Both the position numbers and the translations under genes were made by a program. Below, piece by piece: positions 10,796 through 23,330 of a stretch of 64,000 nt of DNA. Numbering within the stretch: the stretch's first letter is position 1; the number at the start of each line of letters is the position of its first letter. The DNA is from Minutocellus sp. GHC0000111 (taxonomy: Eukaryota). The notes beneath the pieces are model-generated. The model was not told the origin of the DNA, did no database searches, and saw nothing but the letters and a program-made list of their open reading frames with translations. The stretch is from the NCBI GenBank assembly GCA_977018835.1, contig OZ361257.1:2232001-2296000 (forward strand). The letters are read 5' to 3'.

Positions 10796-10996
10796 TAACA
10801 GAGGATTTTCCTACATGTACGGAAAAAGAAATCGTACTTGTCGCTACAGTAGACACAACGTCTATTTCTCAAGAGATCTCTTCGATCATACCATAAAATA
10901 CATTTTCAAAAGTCTACCTCACATTCTTTACACATCTATCTACCCAATTGTGTCTTTCTACGTACATCAAACCGCAATAGTACTGGAGTCGCACAA

Positions 10997-12578
10997 TCAG
11001 TCAAGCCTTGTGTCGCTCATCTTGCGCAAATCTCGACACATGTTTTTATGGTGACTTTCGTTTGTTCCACCACCAATCTCGAGCAACTTTGCATCTCTGA
11101 ACATTCGTTCAACATTGTACTCACCAACGTAGCCGTAGCCACCCATGAGCTGGATGGCCCTATCGGCGATAGTTTTGGCCATTGGGGCGCAATACAGCTT
11201 GACTCCATCGGCATCAAGACCGTTTCCATACGTCATCAAATCGAGACCATTGCACAAACCATACACGTAGCATCGTCCCGCCATGTATTCGGCATAACTC
11301 TCTGCAATATGGCGCTGCATCCGCCCAAAGCTGTATAAATCCTTGCCGAATGCCTTCCGCTCAGCTGCATATCGTTTCATATCATCGATGCATCTGCGGG
11401 CAATGCCCAATGCCATTGCCGCCAAAGCTATGCGCTCAATCTCCAGATTCCTCATCATGCATAACGTTGCACCATGGATATCTCCTACGACATTATCTGC
11501 CGGTACGAGGACATTGTCAAATACCAACTCTGCCGTCATGCTGGCACGCATCCCGAGCTTATCTTCAATCTTTTGTCCAAGAATGAAACCTTCCATCCCC
11601 TTCTCGACGACGAATTGAGTAATGTCACCTCGGCCCTCTCCGGTTCGAGCGTATACCAGGAACACGTCACCTGTTTCCTTCCCATTCAGTGTTCCATTGG
11701 TGATCCACATTTTGGCTCCATTCAAAATATAACCACCGGCCTCCTCGTCGAGTTTGGCGGTGGTTTTCATTCCCAATACATCCGTACCAGCCGCAGGTTC
11801 ACTCATACACATGCCACAAATTTTGGTTCCATCACAAGCACTAGGGAGGAATCTGGCGCGCTGCTCATCTGACCCATTGACGGCCAAATTGTTGACAAAT
11901 AAGACGGAGTGGGCCAAGTAGGACAGGCAGAAGGCGGGGTCGCTGTACGATAATTCCTCATGGACGAGGGCACAGGCGGTGGCATCGAATCCCGTGCCGC
12001 CAGAGTCGTCTGGCGCGGTGAGGCCGAGTATACCCAGCCCCTCGGGATCGGCAGTGCCAAGCTTGCGGAATAGTGGAATGTTGAACTCTTCCCGCTTATT
12101 ATACTCGATTGCCTGTGGTTCCACCTGTGCGCGTGGAAGTGTTTGATGAGGAAATAACACATAGAAGAAAAATGACATTGCAACAAGGGCGAATGAGAAT
12201 TGTTTTTGACAGCATGAAAAAAGAATTATGTGTGATTTTCCCACATTGTTGGTGCAACAAGAGCGATAAAGGTGCATCATATCTTTCCTCGTTATTGCAG
12301 AAAAGGTCCCTCGACCATTCCGAGGTCAACATTCTTCTTATTCTGTGCATTCATGAGAATTCTGATGCTTGACATCAAATGATTATTCTGCTTCATGAGT
12401 GCAGAATAAATCGACGACACACCTCCTTTTCCACGAACGATCGCAGCATCGATCGAAGGGCGGTGTGCTCCTCCGTGGGATTGAACAAAGATGAGAGAGA
12501 AGACGACGAGAGGGCCCTCCCTGCCATGGTTGGCGCCTGGCGCCCCAGAAGGCGGCGGCTACCTGAGATGACGAGCAT
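10997..12578 (-). CDS. IVD: Isovaleryl-CoA dehydrogenase, mitochondrial; exons 12578-12423 and 12124-10997
   Basis: Transit peptide, LSYLAHS, MSEPAAGTDV, KMWITNG, KLGMRAS, RDAKLLEIGGGTNE; the 298-nt GT-AG intron joins the exons in frame. Confidence 0.92.
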
Positions 12579-12842
12579 GGTGCTGATGGGTCTGGATTTT
12601 TGTGCATGCGATGAGAAATTTTCAGGTTTTAGTGGGTTTGGGAGCCCCCCAGAAATTTGAATTGTTTTGACTTACTCGACTCTAAAGAAGATGGCCAAAA
12701 AATAAATGGCCGGCTGGCTCGCGATGAACCGCCGTTGTTTCCTCTCGGCAAGATGGCCACATTTCGTTCGACCGCTTGTTGTGAGCCGTCTTCCGTCGTA
12801 TCCCCCTTTTCTTTTCTCTCTACTACCAAAACCTATCCAACC

Positions 12843-14523
12843 ATGCGCGAGTGCATCTCGATCCATTTGGGCCAGGCCGGTATCCAGACCGGTAACCAGT
12901 GCTGGGAGCTTTACTGCCTCGAGCACGTGAGTAGAGTTTTTCCAATCTTGTGACGGTTACGGTTTGGGTTTATGTGCTGGTTTTTGGTGGTGTTTCATAT
13001 GCCCAAGATACGTACCTTTTCCTTGCATCAAACTCCTCTAATCTTACCCCATTTCATTCTTGCCATGTCTATGCATCTTGCGCGCGCAGGGCATCGACCC
13101 CTCCGGCCGCATGTCCGGCGAGGGCGGCGTCAAGGCCGGAGACGATTCGTGCTCCACCTTTTTCGCCGAGACCGGTGAGGGCCGTCACGTCCCCCGTGCC
13201 GTCTACGTCGATCTCGAGCCCTCCGTCTGCGACGAGGTCCGCACCGGCACCTACCGTCAGCTCTACCACCCCGAGCAGATCATTGCCGGCAAGGAGGATG
13301 TGAGTTGTAATATTCTGTGCTTGTTTGATCCGTCATTTGTTTATTTTTGAATGCATCGATTGGGTTATTTTTGTCCAGCATCGGCATTGGCATACTTCCT
13401 ACCTCCCATGAGTCCCTGTGCTCACATCACTTTTATATTTCAATTATTTGCATTATATTAGGCCGCCAACAACTACGCCCGTGGTCACTACACCATCGGC
13501 AAGGAGATTGTCGACCAGGTCCTTGACCGCGTCCGCAAGCTTGCCGACAACTGCACCGGCCTTCAGGGCTTCCTCGTCTTCCACGCTACTGGCGGTGGTA
13601 CCGGTTCCGGTCTTGGCTCTCTCCTCCTCGAGCGCTTGAGCGTCGATTACGGCCGCAAGTCCAAGCTTTCCTTTGCCGTCAGTCCCTCTCCCCAGGTCTC
13701 CACGGCCGTCGTTGAGCCCTACAACTCCGTCCTGTCGACCCATGCCCTCCTCGAGCACACCGACTGCACCTTCTGCCTTGACAACGAGGCTCTGTACGAT
13801 GTGTGCCGTCGCAACCTAGACATTGAGCGTCCCACCTACACCAACCTCAACCGCCTCATCGCTCAGGTAATCTCCTCGTTGACCGCCTCCCTTCGCTTTG
13901 ATGGCGCCCTCAACGTCGACGTTACCGAGTTCCAGACCAACCTCGTCCCCTACCCCCGCATCCACTTCATGCTCACCTCCTACGCCCCCATCATCTCCGC
14001 CGAGAAGGCCTACCACGAGCAGCTCTCCGTCGCCGAGATCACCAACTCCGTCTTCGAGCCCGCCTCCATGATGACCAAGTGCGACCCCCGCCACGGCAAG
14101 TACATGGCCTGCTGCCTCATGTACCGCGGCGACGTCGTCCCCAAGGACGTCAACCTCGCCGTCGCCACCATCAAGACCAAGCGCACCATCCAGTTCGTCG
14201 ACTGGTGCCCCACCGGCTTCAAGTGCGGCATCAACTACCAGGTCCCCCAGCACGTGCCCGGTGGTGACGTCGCCGCCGTCAAGCGCGCCGTCTGCATGGT
14301 TGCCAACACCACCGCCATCGCCGAGGCCCTTAGCCGCATCGACCACAAGTTCGACCTCATGTACGCCAAGCGTGCCTTCGTCCACTGGTACGTCGGTGAG
14401 GGTATGGAGGAGGGTGAGTTCTCCGAGGCCCGTGAGGATCTTGCCGCCCTCGAGAAGGACTACGAGGAGGTCGCTGGTGAGACCGAGGCCGATGGCGACG
14501 AGGACTTCGATGAGGAGTACTAA
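12843..14523 (+). CDS. TUBA: Alpha-tubulin; exons 12843-12926, 13090-13299, 13462-14523
   Basis: MRECISIH start, GGGTGSG signature, C-terminal EEY; two canonical phase-0 introns. Confidence 0.98.
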
Positions 14524-14836
14524 ATTGCACCGTCGAGTTTTCGGTCCCACAGGATGTATTTTTCTGGGAATCCAACAAGAAAATGGAACAATTGGAACAG
14601 AGAGGTACTGGGCGAATGTTTGATTCGGTTTCTCTGTGCGCGCCTCCTGATGTTACTTCTTATTCAAAGGTGGGAGTGCGTTGCATTATTTCAATTGCAT
14701 TTATGATAGCCCGAGGGCAAATGCTTTTTACTATTGCAGTTGGAATGGCTGCTTTTTAAACGAATAGTTCGGCACTTTGCATACTCTATCAACTACTGCT
14801 CTAATTTATGGCCACTCGCTCTACGAAAAGAGAGCT

Positions 14837-16014
14837 CTACGACAGGCGCAAGATATCCGGTAGCTCATCGGCTCTTGGGTAAGAGCTCTGTGCTCCTCGT
14901 TTCCTTACCGACATGCTGGCCACACCGCACGCCTTGGTGGCTGCCTCACCCAAAGCCAGCCCAGCAGACAAGTATGCCGACAGCGATCCGCAGAAGGAAT
15001 CGCCGGCGCCTACCGTATCGACGACTGGTTCTGCATTACACGGCAAATCCGGAGGAGCACAAACCAATTCCGTTTGGACATCATTCTCGCCAGATTTGCT
15101 GACCACCATTGCCCCACGGGCTCCAAGGGTTACAATGACGGCCTTGCTGACACCTCGAGCGAACAGTGTTTTGGCCATGGCCTCCTCATCGTCGGTCTTG
15201 GCCGATTCCTCGCCCTGGCACAAACTTCTGAGTTCAGTCTCGTTCGGTATGACAATATCGGCATATTTGTAAAAATCAGAATCTAATTCCCATCCCTCTG
15301 GCGCTGGTGCTGGATTGAAAATAGTCGTAGCACCCACTTCCTTGGCTACCTTGAGTGCTTCCAGTGCCACTTCTGGCTTGATTTCCAACTGAACCACCAC
15401 CGTCATGGGGATTTGCTGTCCCCCTCTTCTCCCTGCTTGTCCTTGGCCATTGACGTAATGGCCGACCGAACATCCGCGGAAGTCAGGGCATGGTTGGCGC
15501 CGGGTATGACAATGATTTGATTGTCCCCGGTCTTGGTATCGACAATGATTTGTGCGACGCCCGTCGACACATCCGGTGCCACCACCGACGACTCATCGTA
15601 CCGGAGTTTGACGTCGCGGAAGCTCCCCAAAAGCTCGGATCCGAAGGCGTCGGCCCCAACCTTGCACACCATGCTGACTGGCACGATGTCGAGGGCGGCG
15701 GCGGCAACGCCCTGGTTGGCACCCTTGCCCCCGAACGAGGTTTCGAAGGATTCGCCGAGGACCGTTTCCCCCGTCTTGGGAACTGTGGCCGTGTAGGCGG
15801 TGAGATCTTGGTTTGCGGATCCCACCACAACGACGTGGCCTTTTGTGGTGGCGGGAGAAGACATGTGCAATTGTAGCACGGCAGAGCTTGGCGGGGAAGA
15901 AAATCTGGTAGATGAGGTACTGGCACTCAGGAGAATGAATCCTTGCGACAGTGAAAAAGTTGCGGCGAGTAGCGATGTATGGAGGAGGCCGATGTGTTGC
16001 GCTCGTATCTTTAT
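14837..16014 (-). pseudogene. RBKS: Ribokinase (PfkB), frameshifted near 15405-15424; presequence begins at ATA (16014), first ATG at 15864
   Basis: VVGSANQD, GGKGANQ, PGAN in one frame; QLEI, NPAPA, PNETE, DTVGAGDSF in the next. Confidence 0.85.
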
Positions 16015-16625
16015 GGTGGAGAGGGCCAGTGGGCCAGTTGCAGCGACGCTCAGCAAAAGAGTATCCAATTTTTCCTCAACAAAAAATTATTTTGCTTGCG
16101 TCACAATCTAAAATGACGCTCTTAGATTTTCGTGCGTTTTGACAAGAATTCTCTTTTCAGGGCAGCGTTTCGTTTGGGTTTTCTTTGACAAAGGTCATGA
16201 TCGAATAATAACAGAACAAAATTCACTATGAATTCTTCCCCATGAAAAATCTTCAAGAACCAAATTCCCGCCACGTCAGCTCTCTCAGCTCGGAAGTTCC
16301 GGGTTTCATGCTTGGACCGAAATCCTCCGCCGACCCATCCCCAAAGTTTGAACCATTTATTTTCTCGCCTGCAGTACCATACTCTACTCGTTGGAATTCT
16401 TCGCATATCCGCATCTTCTCTCTCGAACGAAATCCATACTAGTATCTTCGTCAGCATCGCTCGCCGATCCATATCTGTTCCGATTCTTGTTTTCATTCAT
16501 AACCAGAGGAAATCCAAGCATATCCAAAAGTAGCCAAAGCAAAACGCAATACGACCCATCACCCACCGACACTGGCGGATTTTGAATTACCACATAGGCC
16601 TAGATATAATACAGCAAGCGCAACG

Positions 16626-18919
16626 ATGAGAATCCAATTAGGTTCCGCCGCAACTCTTCTCTTCATGACATCGTCCGCCACCGTCTCGCATGGCTTCGCC
16701 GCCGTCAAGCGAGCCGGTGGCCGTCCCGCCATCCTTCCCGATCGGATCGACACGCCCAATCAGGTGTTTGAGCCACCGCAAAAGCAGTCCGGTTCGTCGG
16801 CGGCGCGGCTCATCATCCTGCAAATTACCGACGTGTACACCCTCGAGAACATCGCCAGCTTCAAGACCCTCGTCGAGGAGACCAAGGCCAACAACCCCGA
16901 TGCCACGGTCGTGTCCATGCTGACCGGAGACTTTTTGAGTCCGTACCTGCTCAGTTCCGTCGATCGTGGTGCCGGCATGATGCATGCATTGGGCCGGATG
17001 GGACTGGACTACATCACCTGGGGCAACCACGAGGCCGATATGTAAGTTGTGCTCTGCAATTCGTTCGCATTGCTCTGCTTTTGTATTGTTTGGGCTGCAA
17101 TGGTGCATCGCTCCTGGATTCATTCGCCTCCATTCTCTTGTCCCATCAATTCTCTGCGTCTCACCCATCATCGCATCCAATCCATTCCCTCATTTATTTA
17201 TTTGCATCCCACCCAATCTCCCAACCCAACAGCGACCACAAATACGTCTGCCGCCACGTCCGAAATTTCCCCGGCAAGTGGATCAACTCCAACATGCTGG
17301 ATCACGACGCCATGGACTGCCAGCAGGAGTACGACGTCATCGAGCTCAAGTCGCCCGATGGCAAGAACAGCCGCAAGGTGTGCCTGTGTGCCGTCCTCTC
17401 GGACGATCCGGCCCTCTACTCGCATTTCAAGGCCCCCGGTGCCTTTGGTGGGGCGACCATCACCGATCCCTGGAATGCCCTCACAAAATACAAGACTCTG
17501 TTCGAGGAAGAGGAGGGGTGCGATTTGGTCATTCCGCTTCAGCATTTATACGTCAACGACGACATGAAGACGTGCAAGGAGTTTGACTTTCCCGTCATCC
17601 TTTCGGGTCACGATCACCACAAGGTCAAGGAGGTTATTGATGGGTCCTACCTCATCAAGCCCGGTATTAACGGCGACTATGCCACCGTTCTGGAAATTGA
17701 GTGGGACGACATCGAGGTCAAGGACCCAACCAAGATTGCCGCCACCTTCGTCAAGGTCGATGCCTGGGAGCCGGATCCGGTACTGCACGAAGAGAACGAA
17801 CGGGCCTACGATGCATTAATACCATTGCGCAACACCGAATTGGCCAGCGTCCCGAAATCTTTTGAGCCGTTAACATCCAACAACTCCCGTGGCAGCACCT
17901 GCACCATGGGCAAGTACATTTGCACCCTCTTGAAGAATGCCATGAACATTTCCCGCCGGCAAATACAATCCAGCGTCGATGCCGTCCTTTTGATGGGCGG
18001 CAACATTCGCGGCAATGCGGATTATCCCGAGGGCTCCTTCTTCTCCATGGAGGCGCTCGAGGCGGAGGTGAAATCGAACGAAGTTGTCGGCGTCGTGCCC
18101 ATGCCCGGATGGCTCCTTTCTGAGGGCGTTCAGGCCACTCATTCTGGAGATCCGATCCCGGGATGGATGCAGTATGACGATGGGATTCAGCAGGACGAGA
18201 CCGGTGCCGTCACTCATGTCAACGGAGAGCGATTAGAGGAGAACCGAATTTATCGTGTTGGTAAGTCATATGCCGGCCTACATTTGCTAGTTGGAGTCCT
18301 GGATTTTTTTGCTTCTTTTCTAATTCACAATCTAACTTTTTCTCAATACATACATCTTTCCATCTCAAAAGCCACAAAGATTAGCGATTTGACCAATGGC
18401 CAAAGTCCACCATGGACCGAGTATTACACACAAAATGTCGCTGCTCTTCCTCCCAAGGGTGCTTACACAAATATTCACGCCGAGCTCATGAGCTTCTTCG
18501 CAAGAAATATTTGGAGAAAGCTCTGGGACGCAATATCCGAGGAGATTGACGACGACAATTGCAGCATTGGTGCTAGGAACTTGGACGACTGCGAATCGGA
18601 GAAGCTCATTCAAGCCATGGACACCTCTGGCAACGGTCTTGTTTCGGTGGAGGATATTCATCGGTTACTCAAGGATAAGCTCGGCCTATCCGTTGATGAG
18701 CGAGAAATGACTCTGGCACAGTACGTCCATTCCTTCGCGGACACCAACGGCGACGGTACCGTCACCAAGACGGACTTTGAACTGTTCATTCAAGATATGG
18801 AGCAAAATTACGACGAGGAGGAGAAGATCTGGCGATTACCATTCCCTCGTCCTCCGATCGAAATTGCCGAGACGGTCTTTGAGGCCGATGCTCCATCTGT
18901 ATTGTCACTGACTGTGTAA
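16626..18919 (+). CDS. 5'-nucleotidase-family metallophosphoesterase with C-terminal EF-hands; exons 16626-17041, 17233-18260, 18372-18919
   Basis: ITDVY, TGDFLSP, WGNHE, SGHDH, GGNIRG motifs; EF loops DTSGNGLVSVED and DTNGDGTVTKTD; presequence SHG|FAA. Confidence 0.85.
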
Positions 18920-19321
18920 ATCACGACGATATTGCTTGCACTCAGTACACTCCAAACAAAAAGAGAGATATGTAGATCATTCAAGCCGCAGCGTTCATTC
19001 ATAGTTGGACATAGTCTGAACTGCGCCCATCCATATCCAACCAACTTAGGCAAACGAACAGCATAGGAAATATATGTTTAGGCCAACCAAATGTAAATAA
19101 TAACAACAATTTTGATGACCGACTTGAAGCTATAACTTTACATGTATTGTCACTTCCGAAAGAAATGCTATGCATGAGCTAGTCTTCCCCTTCTTTGATC
19201 GAAATGAAAAGCACACGAAAATTGCCTCGTGCTACCCAATCCAGGTGCCATCGCTCATGTCATCATCTATCGCGTAGCATACAGTCCTGTAGCTCTAGGC
19301 TTGTAACACCCATCAGCCTAC

Positions 19322-21497
19322 CTACGAAGTCGTACCCTCAAGGAGATGACGAAACAGATGGTTGTGACGCGATGGATTCACGAACATACCTCTGTGGCGG
19401 TTCAGGAGCGATCCGTAGTTCCTACCATATGCAAGTCGTTGGCCATCTTTGTCCTTGTAAAGAGACTCAATTACGTGACGACGAGTAATAATCTGGTCAG
19501 GATTGTTGGTAGGTGGCGTAGTGTCCTCCATGAATTCAACCACTTCCGGACGAGCAACATACTCGGCAACACGAGATTTCATCTGCCGATAGCGTTCGAG
19601 TACGACAGGGACTGCCTCACGCATTACCTCGGTTGTTGGGTTGTCCCAGGACTTCCTATAGAAAGAATTATTGGACCCATCAGCCCAAGTTTCGGCGTAC
19701 CAGCGTTCACGCCAAACTACTTTGGCAAGCTCACGGAGCAATCTAAAGTTCTCTTCCCCTTCGTCTGGAACCGCTAGGAATGAAAAGATGGTATCAAACG
19801 AACAGCCAGAACGAAACCAAAGGATCCTCTTGCAAATGTCACCACTGGTCGGAGATGCATGGGCGTCCAGCCACTCAATATTTCCACTGGAATAGGGGAA
19901 AGTCAGGTTGAGCTGACCCGAAGCCTCACTTGTTGCGTACGCATAGATTGAATGCTGAATATCGTCCGAACTGCCAGACAGCATGGCAAGGTAATCGGCC
20001 GAAGAAGTGCGAAGGAGCCCCTTCGACGCGGCAAGAGTGTACACGCGTCTAATCTCGTCTGCTGTCTCTCTGATCCTCTTCTTACTCACGCTGCTAACAG
20101 ATCCGAAAAGTTTCGAGAGCAGCTCATCCGAAAGGCCGCATTGGAACGTTGCGGATGCATTCCCATAGCTCTCCCTCCATTCCACCTCCAAGGCGAGACC
20201 CTTGTGCTCATAGTCCTCTAGTTGTTCCGAGAGCTGCTCGTAGATTTCCTTCATCTTGGCAAGTTTCTTGGAGGAACGTTCGTTCTGAGCGGCCCTGTAC
20301 CTCTGAGATTCGATCTGGCTCCGGGCGTCGATGAATGCATTGGCCTTGCTCTCGGCGTCCTTGTGAGTTTCGACCAGCGATTTGATGACGGCGTCCTCAT
20401 CGTCGTCATTGGCCTCGTCATCCACCTCCTTGAGAATTTGGTTGAGGATGGACGTGCGGTCATCAGCCCTGCGATATGATTTTTCGATCTGCTTGATATC
20501 ACGAGTGGTAACAACTGGGCCCTGACGCTGGCCCTGCGAATCGTAGAAGGGCACGTCGAGGGTACGTTCGTCGACCCGGTCGTTGGAGGAGGCAAAGTGT
20601 GAGTAGGGGATGCTCGTGGTGAGGCCCTTGACACAGTCCTTGCAAATGCAGAGACCAAAGGGGCGGGTGGTGTAGTGAGCAGTCGCGAGGTTGGCATGCT
20701 TCTGCGTCCGAATATTGAAGCCCCAGCAGTCCGACAGATTCTCACATCTCCTGCCGTTGATGAGCCTGTATATAGTAGGGCAAGGTGAAGAAAGTATGAC
20801 GTTGTGAGCAATGGTGAATGTAATGACACTGACAGGCCAAATTTATTCCCATCATAGGAGAAATCAATGGTAGAAACGAACTTGGCCCTTTATTTATTAC
20901 AGTATATTCCGATGAATTCGAATCGACAATAAATGTAGCCAACAACAATTGTAAGAAACGTATAAACTCCGGCGTAGTATGTAGTACTCACCTCAACATA
21001 CGAACGGCCGAGGGCAGAAAGATGGACCTCTTCTCGATCCGTCGGATCAGATCCCTCATGATCTCCCTCGAATTGCCCCCGCAGTACACCTAGGACTTGA
21101 CCACAATCTCTCGGGTAAGAAAGGGATGAGATCGTTTGGAAACGCAATACAGCGCGAAGAGACTCTTTGGGCTGTCCGATAGGAGATCGACGACGAGGGG
21201 CATCAGGCCCTGCTCGACCAGGACCTCGAAGCGGGGCAGACGCTGCTTGGCCTCGAGGCGGCGCTTCTTGGCCTTGGCCCGGCGAGTTTCCTTGGCGGCC
21301 GCCAGGGCTGCCTCGGCCTCGTCGATGTCTTCGTTGGCAGTTTTGTTTTTGGCCGTTGCACCGCCGGCCTGCAGCAGGAGCTGACTGCCACCATTGCCAT
21401 CACTGGCATTGCTGTTGGCTGCACTGTCACCGCCTATGGCGTCATCGACATCGGCGTGGGGTGCAGCGGTCGATCGTCGTTTGCGGAGCGTCGGCAT
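19322..21497 (-). pseudogene. Two-exon hypothetical Cys-motif protein (exons 21497-20992, 20765-19322) interrupted by in-frame TAG at 21092-21090
   Basis: Frame continues past the TAG (VVKS*VYCGGNSREIMRDLIRRIEKRSIFLPSAVRMLR) to a GTGAG donor that splices in frame to LINGRRCE...CKDC and the 410-aa ORF. Confidence 0.7.
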
Positions 21498-21710
21498 GGT
21501 TGGTCTGCCTGGAGATTGCTCTGCGGCTATTTTGGAACGAAACGAAATCTGGAAAAAAAACTTAGAAACTGGGGGATCTCTTGATTCTCGCCGAATATGG
21601 GGGACCGTTGCTGCATCGCCCAGGCGAGCTTTTCCATCTTCCTTCATAAATCGTGTCAAACCATGGGATTTGGATTGAGCCATAATAGACTACTAGAGTA
21701 AGCCACAACG

Positions 21711-22856
21711 ATGAAACAACCAATCAAATCCACATTGATGCTCTTCCCATTCATCCCCCTGTCGCTACTCTTTGGCCTTGCCAACGCTGGTGCCGACGGT
21801 GAAGCTGCAGCATCGGGCTGCCCCGCTTCCGAGCCCGAGGCGTGGAGTCCCTGCCAAGCCGACCAGGCGGGAGTCAGCTGCAACCTCGGGGAGGAGTACG
21901 GAGGCGATCGCTACTGCTGGAAGGACTGCGACGGCAATGTCTGGACGCACCTGTGCGCCGGTGGTCCTCCTGATCTGCCGCCACCCGAAGAGAAGCCGCC
22001 GGTCACCCCCAACGAATTCGAATGCAGCTCCCTCACCGACTGTGCGTCGTGCCTGGACCATCCGGCGTGCGACGCCTGGTCGCGTGGATTAGGTTGCTTT
22101 TCGACGTGCTCGTACGATTCCAATGACCCACAAAGCTTCAATGTGGCCGACGCGCCCTGCTACGACGCAGGTAACGGCGGCTGTGAGGCCGAGAGCACCA
22201 ACGATGCCGACTATCGGCTGTGCTCCCAGCAGACCACCTGCGACGGATGCAGGAATACCAGCAAATCCGGCGGGGGTTCGTGTCTGTGGATGGCAACTGG
22301 CTTTGGCGGCGATGGAAGTGATGGATTTTGCACCAACTCGCAGGGTATGATGTGCTGCCCCGTCGAAACCTGCCCCGCCACTACTGCGCCTGGCGATGCA
22401 ACTGAAACAGGCGATAATGTTTCCGATACAGTGGTGGAGGAACAGGAGGGACAATTCGACGACATTATCGCCGACTGCGGGGCCGAGATTGGAGCGGGCA
22501 TTGCCTGCTTCACAACCAGCCAGGAGCCGGCCTGCGAGGGATTCGATCCCATGAGCCTGTTGGCCGGTGATCTTCCCATCCCCGACAATTGTGAGGAAGG
22601 CGCCGAGCTGGTGTGCGGCGTACTGGTCGGTTGCTGCGACCAAGAGATTGTGGACATTGCCTCGTGCGCGGCCAGGAGCAATCTTGGTCTGGATTGTGAT
22701 ATCGATTGCAGTGGTGCCGGCGAAGGATCTACTCCGACGCCTGCTCCCGGTACGACTAGCGGTGGGACTGGTATCAAAGCAGTACATGTAACGTCGTCTG
22801 GCACACTTGGGCTCCTCTTTGCTGTTGGCGGCGCCCTTGCTGGGCGGTATGTGTAG
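21711..22856 (+). CDS. Secreted Cys-rich cell-surface protein with C-terminal TM/GPI-like signal
   Basis: Signal peptide, PSI-like CxxCL...CxW...C modules, Thr/Gly linker, hydrophobic C-terminus. Confidence 0.75.
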   Translation: MKQPIKSTLMLFPFIPLSLLFGLANAGADGEAAASGCPASEPEAWSPCQADQAGVSCNLGEEYGGDRYCWKDCDGNVWTHLCAGGPPDLPPPEEKPPVTPNEFECSSLTDCASCLDHPACDAWSRGLGCFSTCSYDSNDPQSFNVADAPCYDAGNGGCEAESTNDADYRLCSQQTTCDGCRNTSKSGGGSCLWMATGFGGDGSDGFCTNSQGMMCCPVETCPATTAPGDATETGDNVSDTVVEEQEGQFDDIIADCGAEIGAGIACFTTSQEPACEGFDPMSLLAGDLPIPDNCEEGAELVCGVLVGCCDQEIVDIASCAARSNLGLDCDIDCSGAGEGSTPTPAPGTTSGGTGIKAVHVTSSGTLGLLFAVGGALAGRYV

Positions 22857-23330
22857 ATTCTTGCGGCAGGCGGCTAGATATTTGCAGCTCTCTATTTTAT
22901 TTATACCTAAGGCAGAGCGGCCGGAGACATAAGCATATGCACCAATCGCATCACGGTTCAAATGATGTTTGTTTCAGAGCAATTTCTTCACAGTGCGGAA
23001 AGCTTCAAACCCGAAAGGCGCTTCTGTTCTCCTCTTAATTAACTTAGGAAAGTCTAGTAGATGCACTGCCCTTTCACTAACTATGGAATCCCAATAATTT
23101 TCACTAATGCAACGTCTGGAATAGAGTAGATCTAGCTACGCAGATCTATCGGTACAGGGGTCTGGCGACAGTCCAGCATTTTGTTGACCGCCGCAAGGGC
23201 AGATCTCCCGAAATCCAAATAAAATAAATCTAAGCCCCTCTATGCTAAAAGATATTTCAATATCGAATCCACGCCTTTGTTAGGCACTCACTGCACACAA
23301 AAGTAAGTGACGGGAAGAACACTGGGCATC

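Noticed and set aside
13816..14550. 244-aa antisense ORF over alpha-tubulin
   Set aside because: Shadow ORF caused by strong C-ending codon bias on the sense strand; no recognisable motifs
22960..23230. Possible ncRNA suggested by CC-GAAA-GG and CC-GCAA-GG tetraloop-like motifs
   Set aside because: Stems are only 2-3 bp with no larger structure or recognisable RNA family
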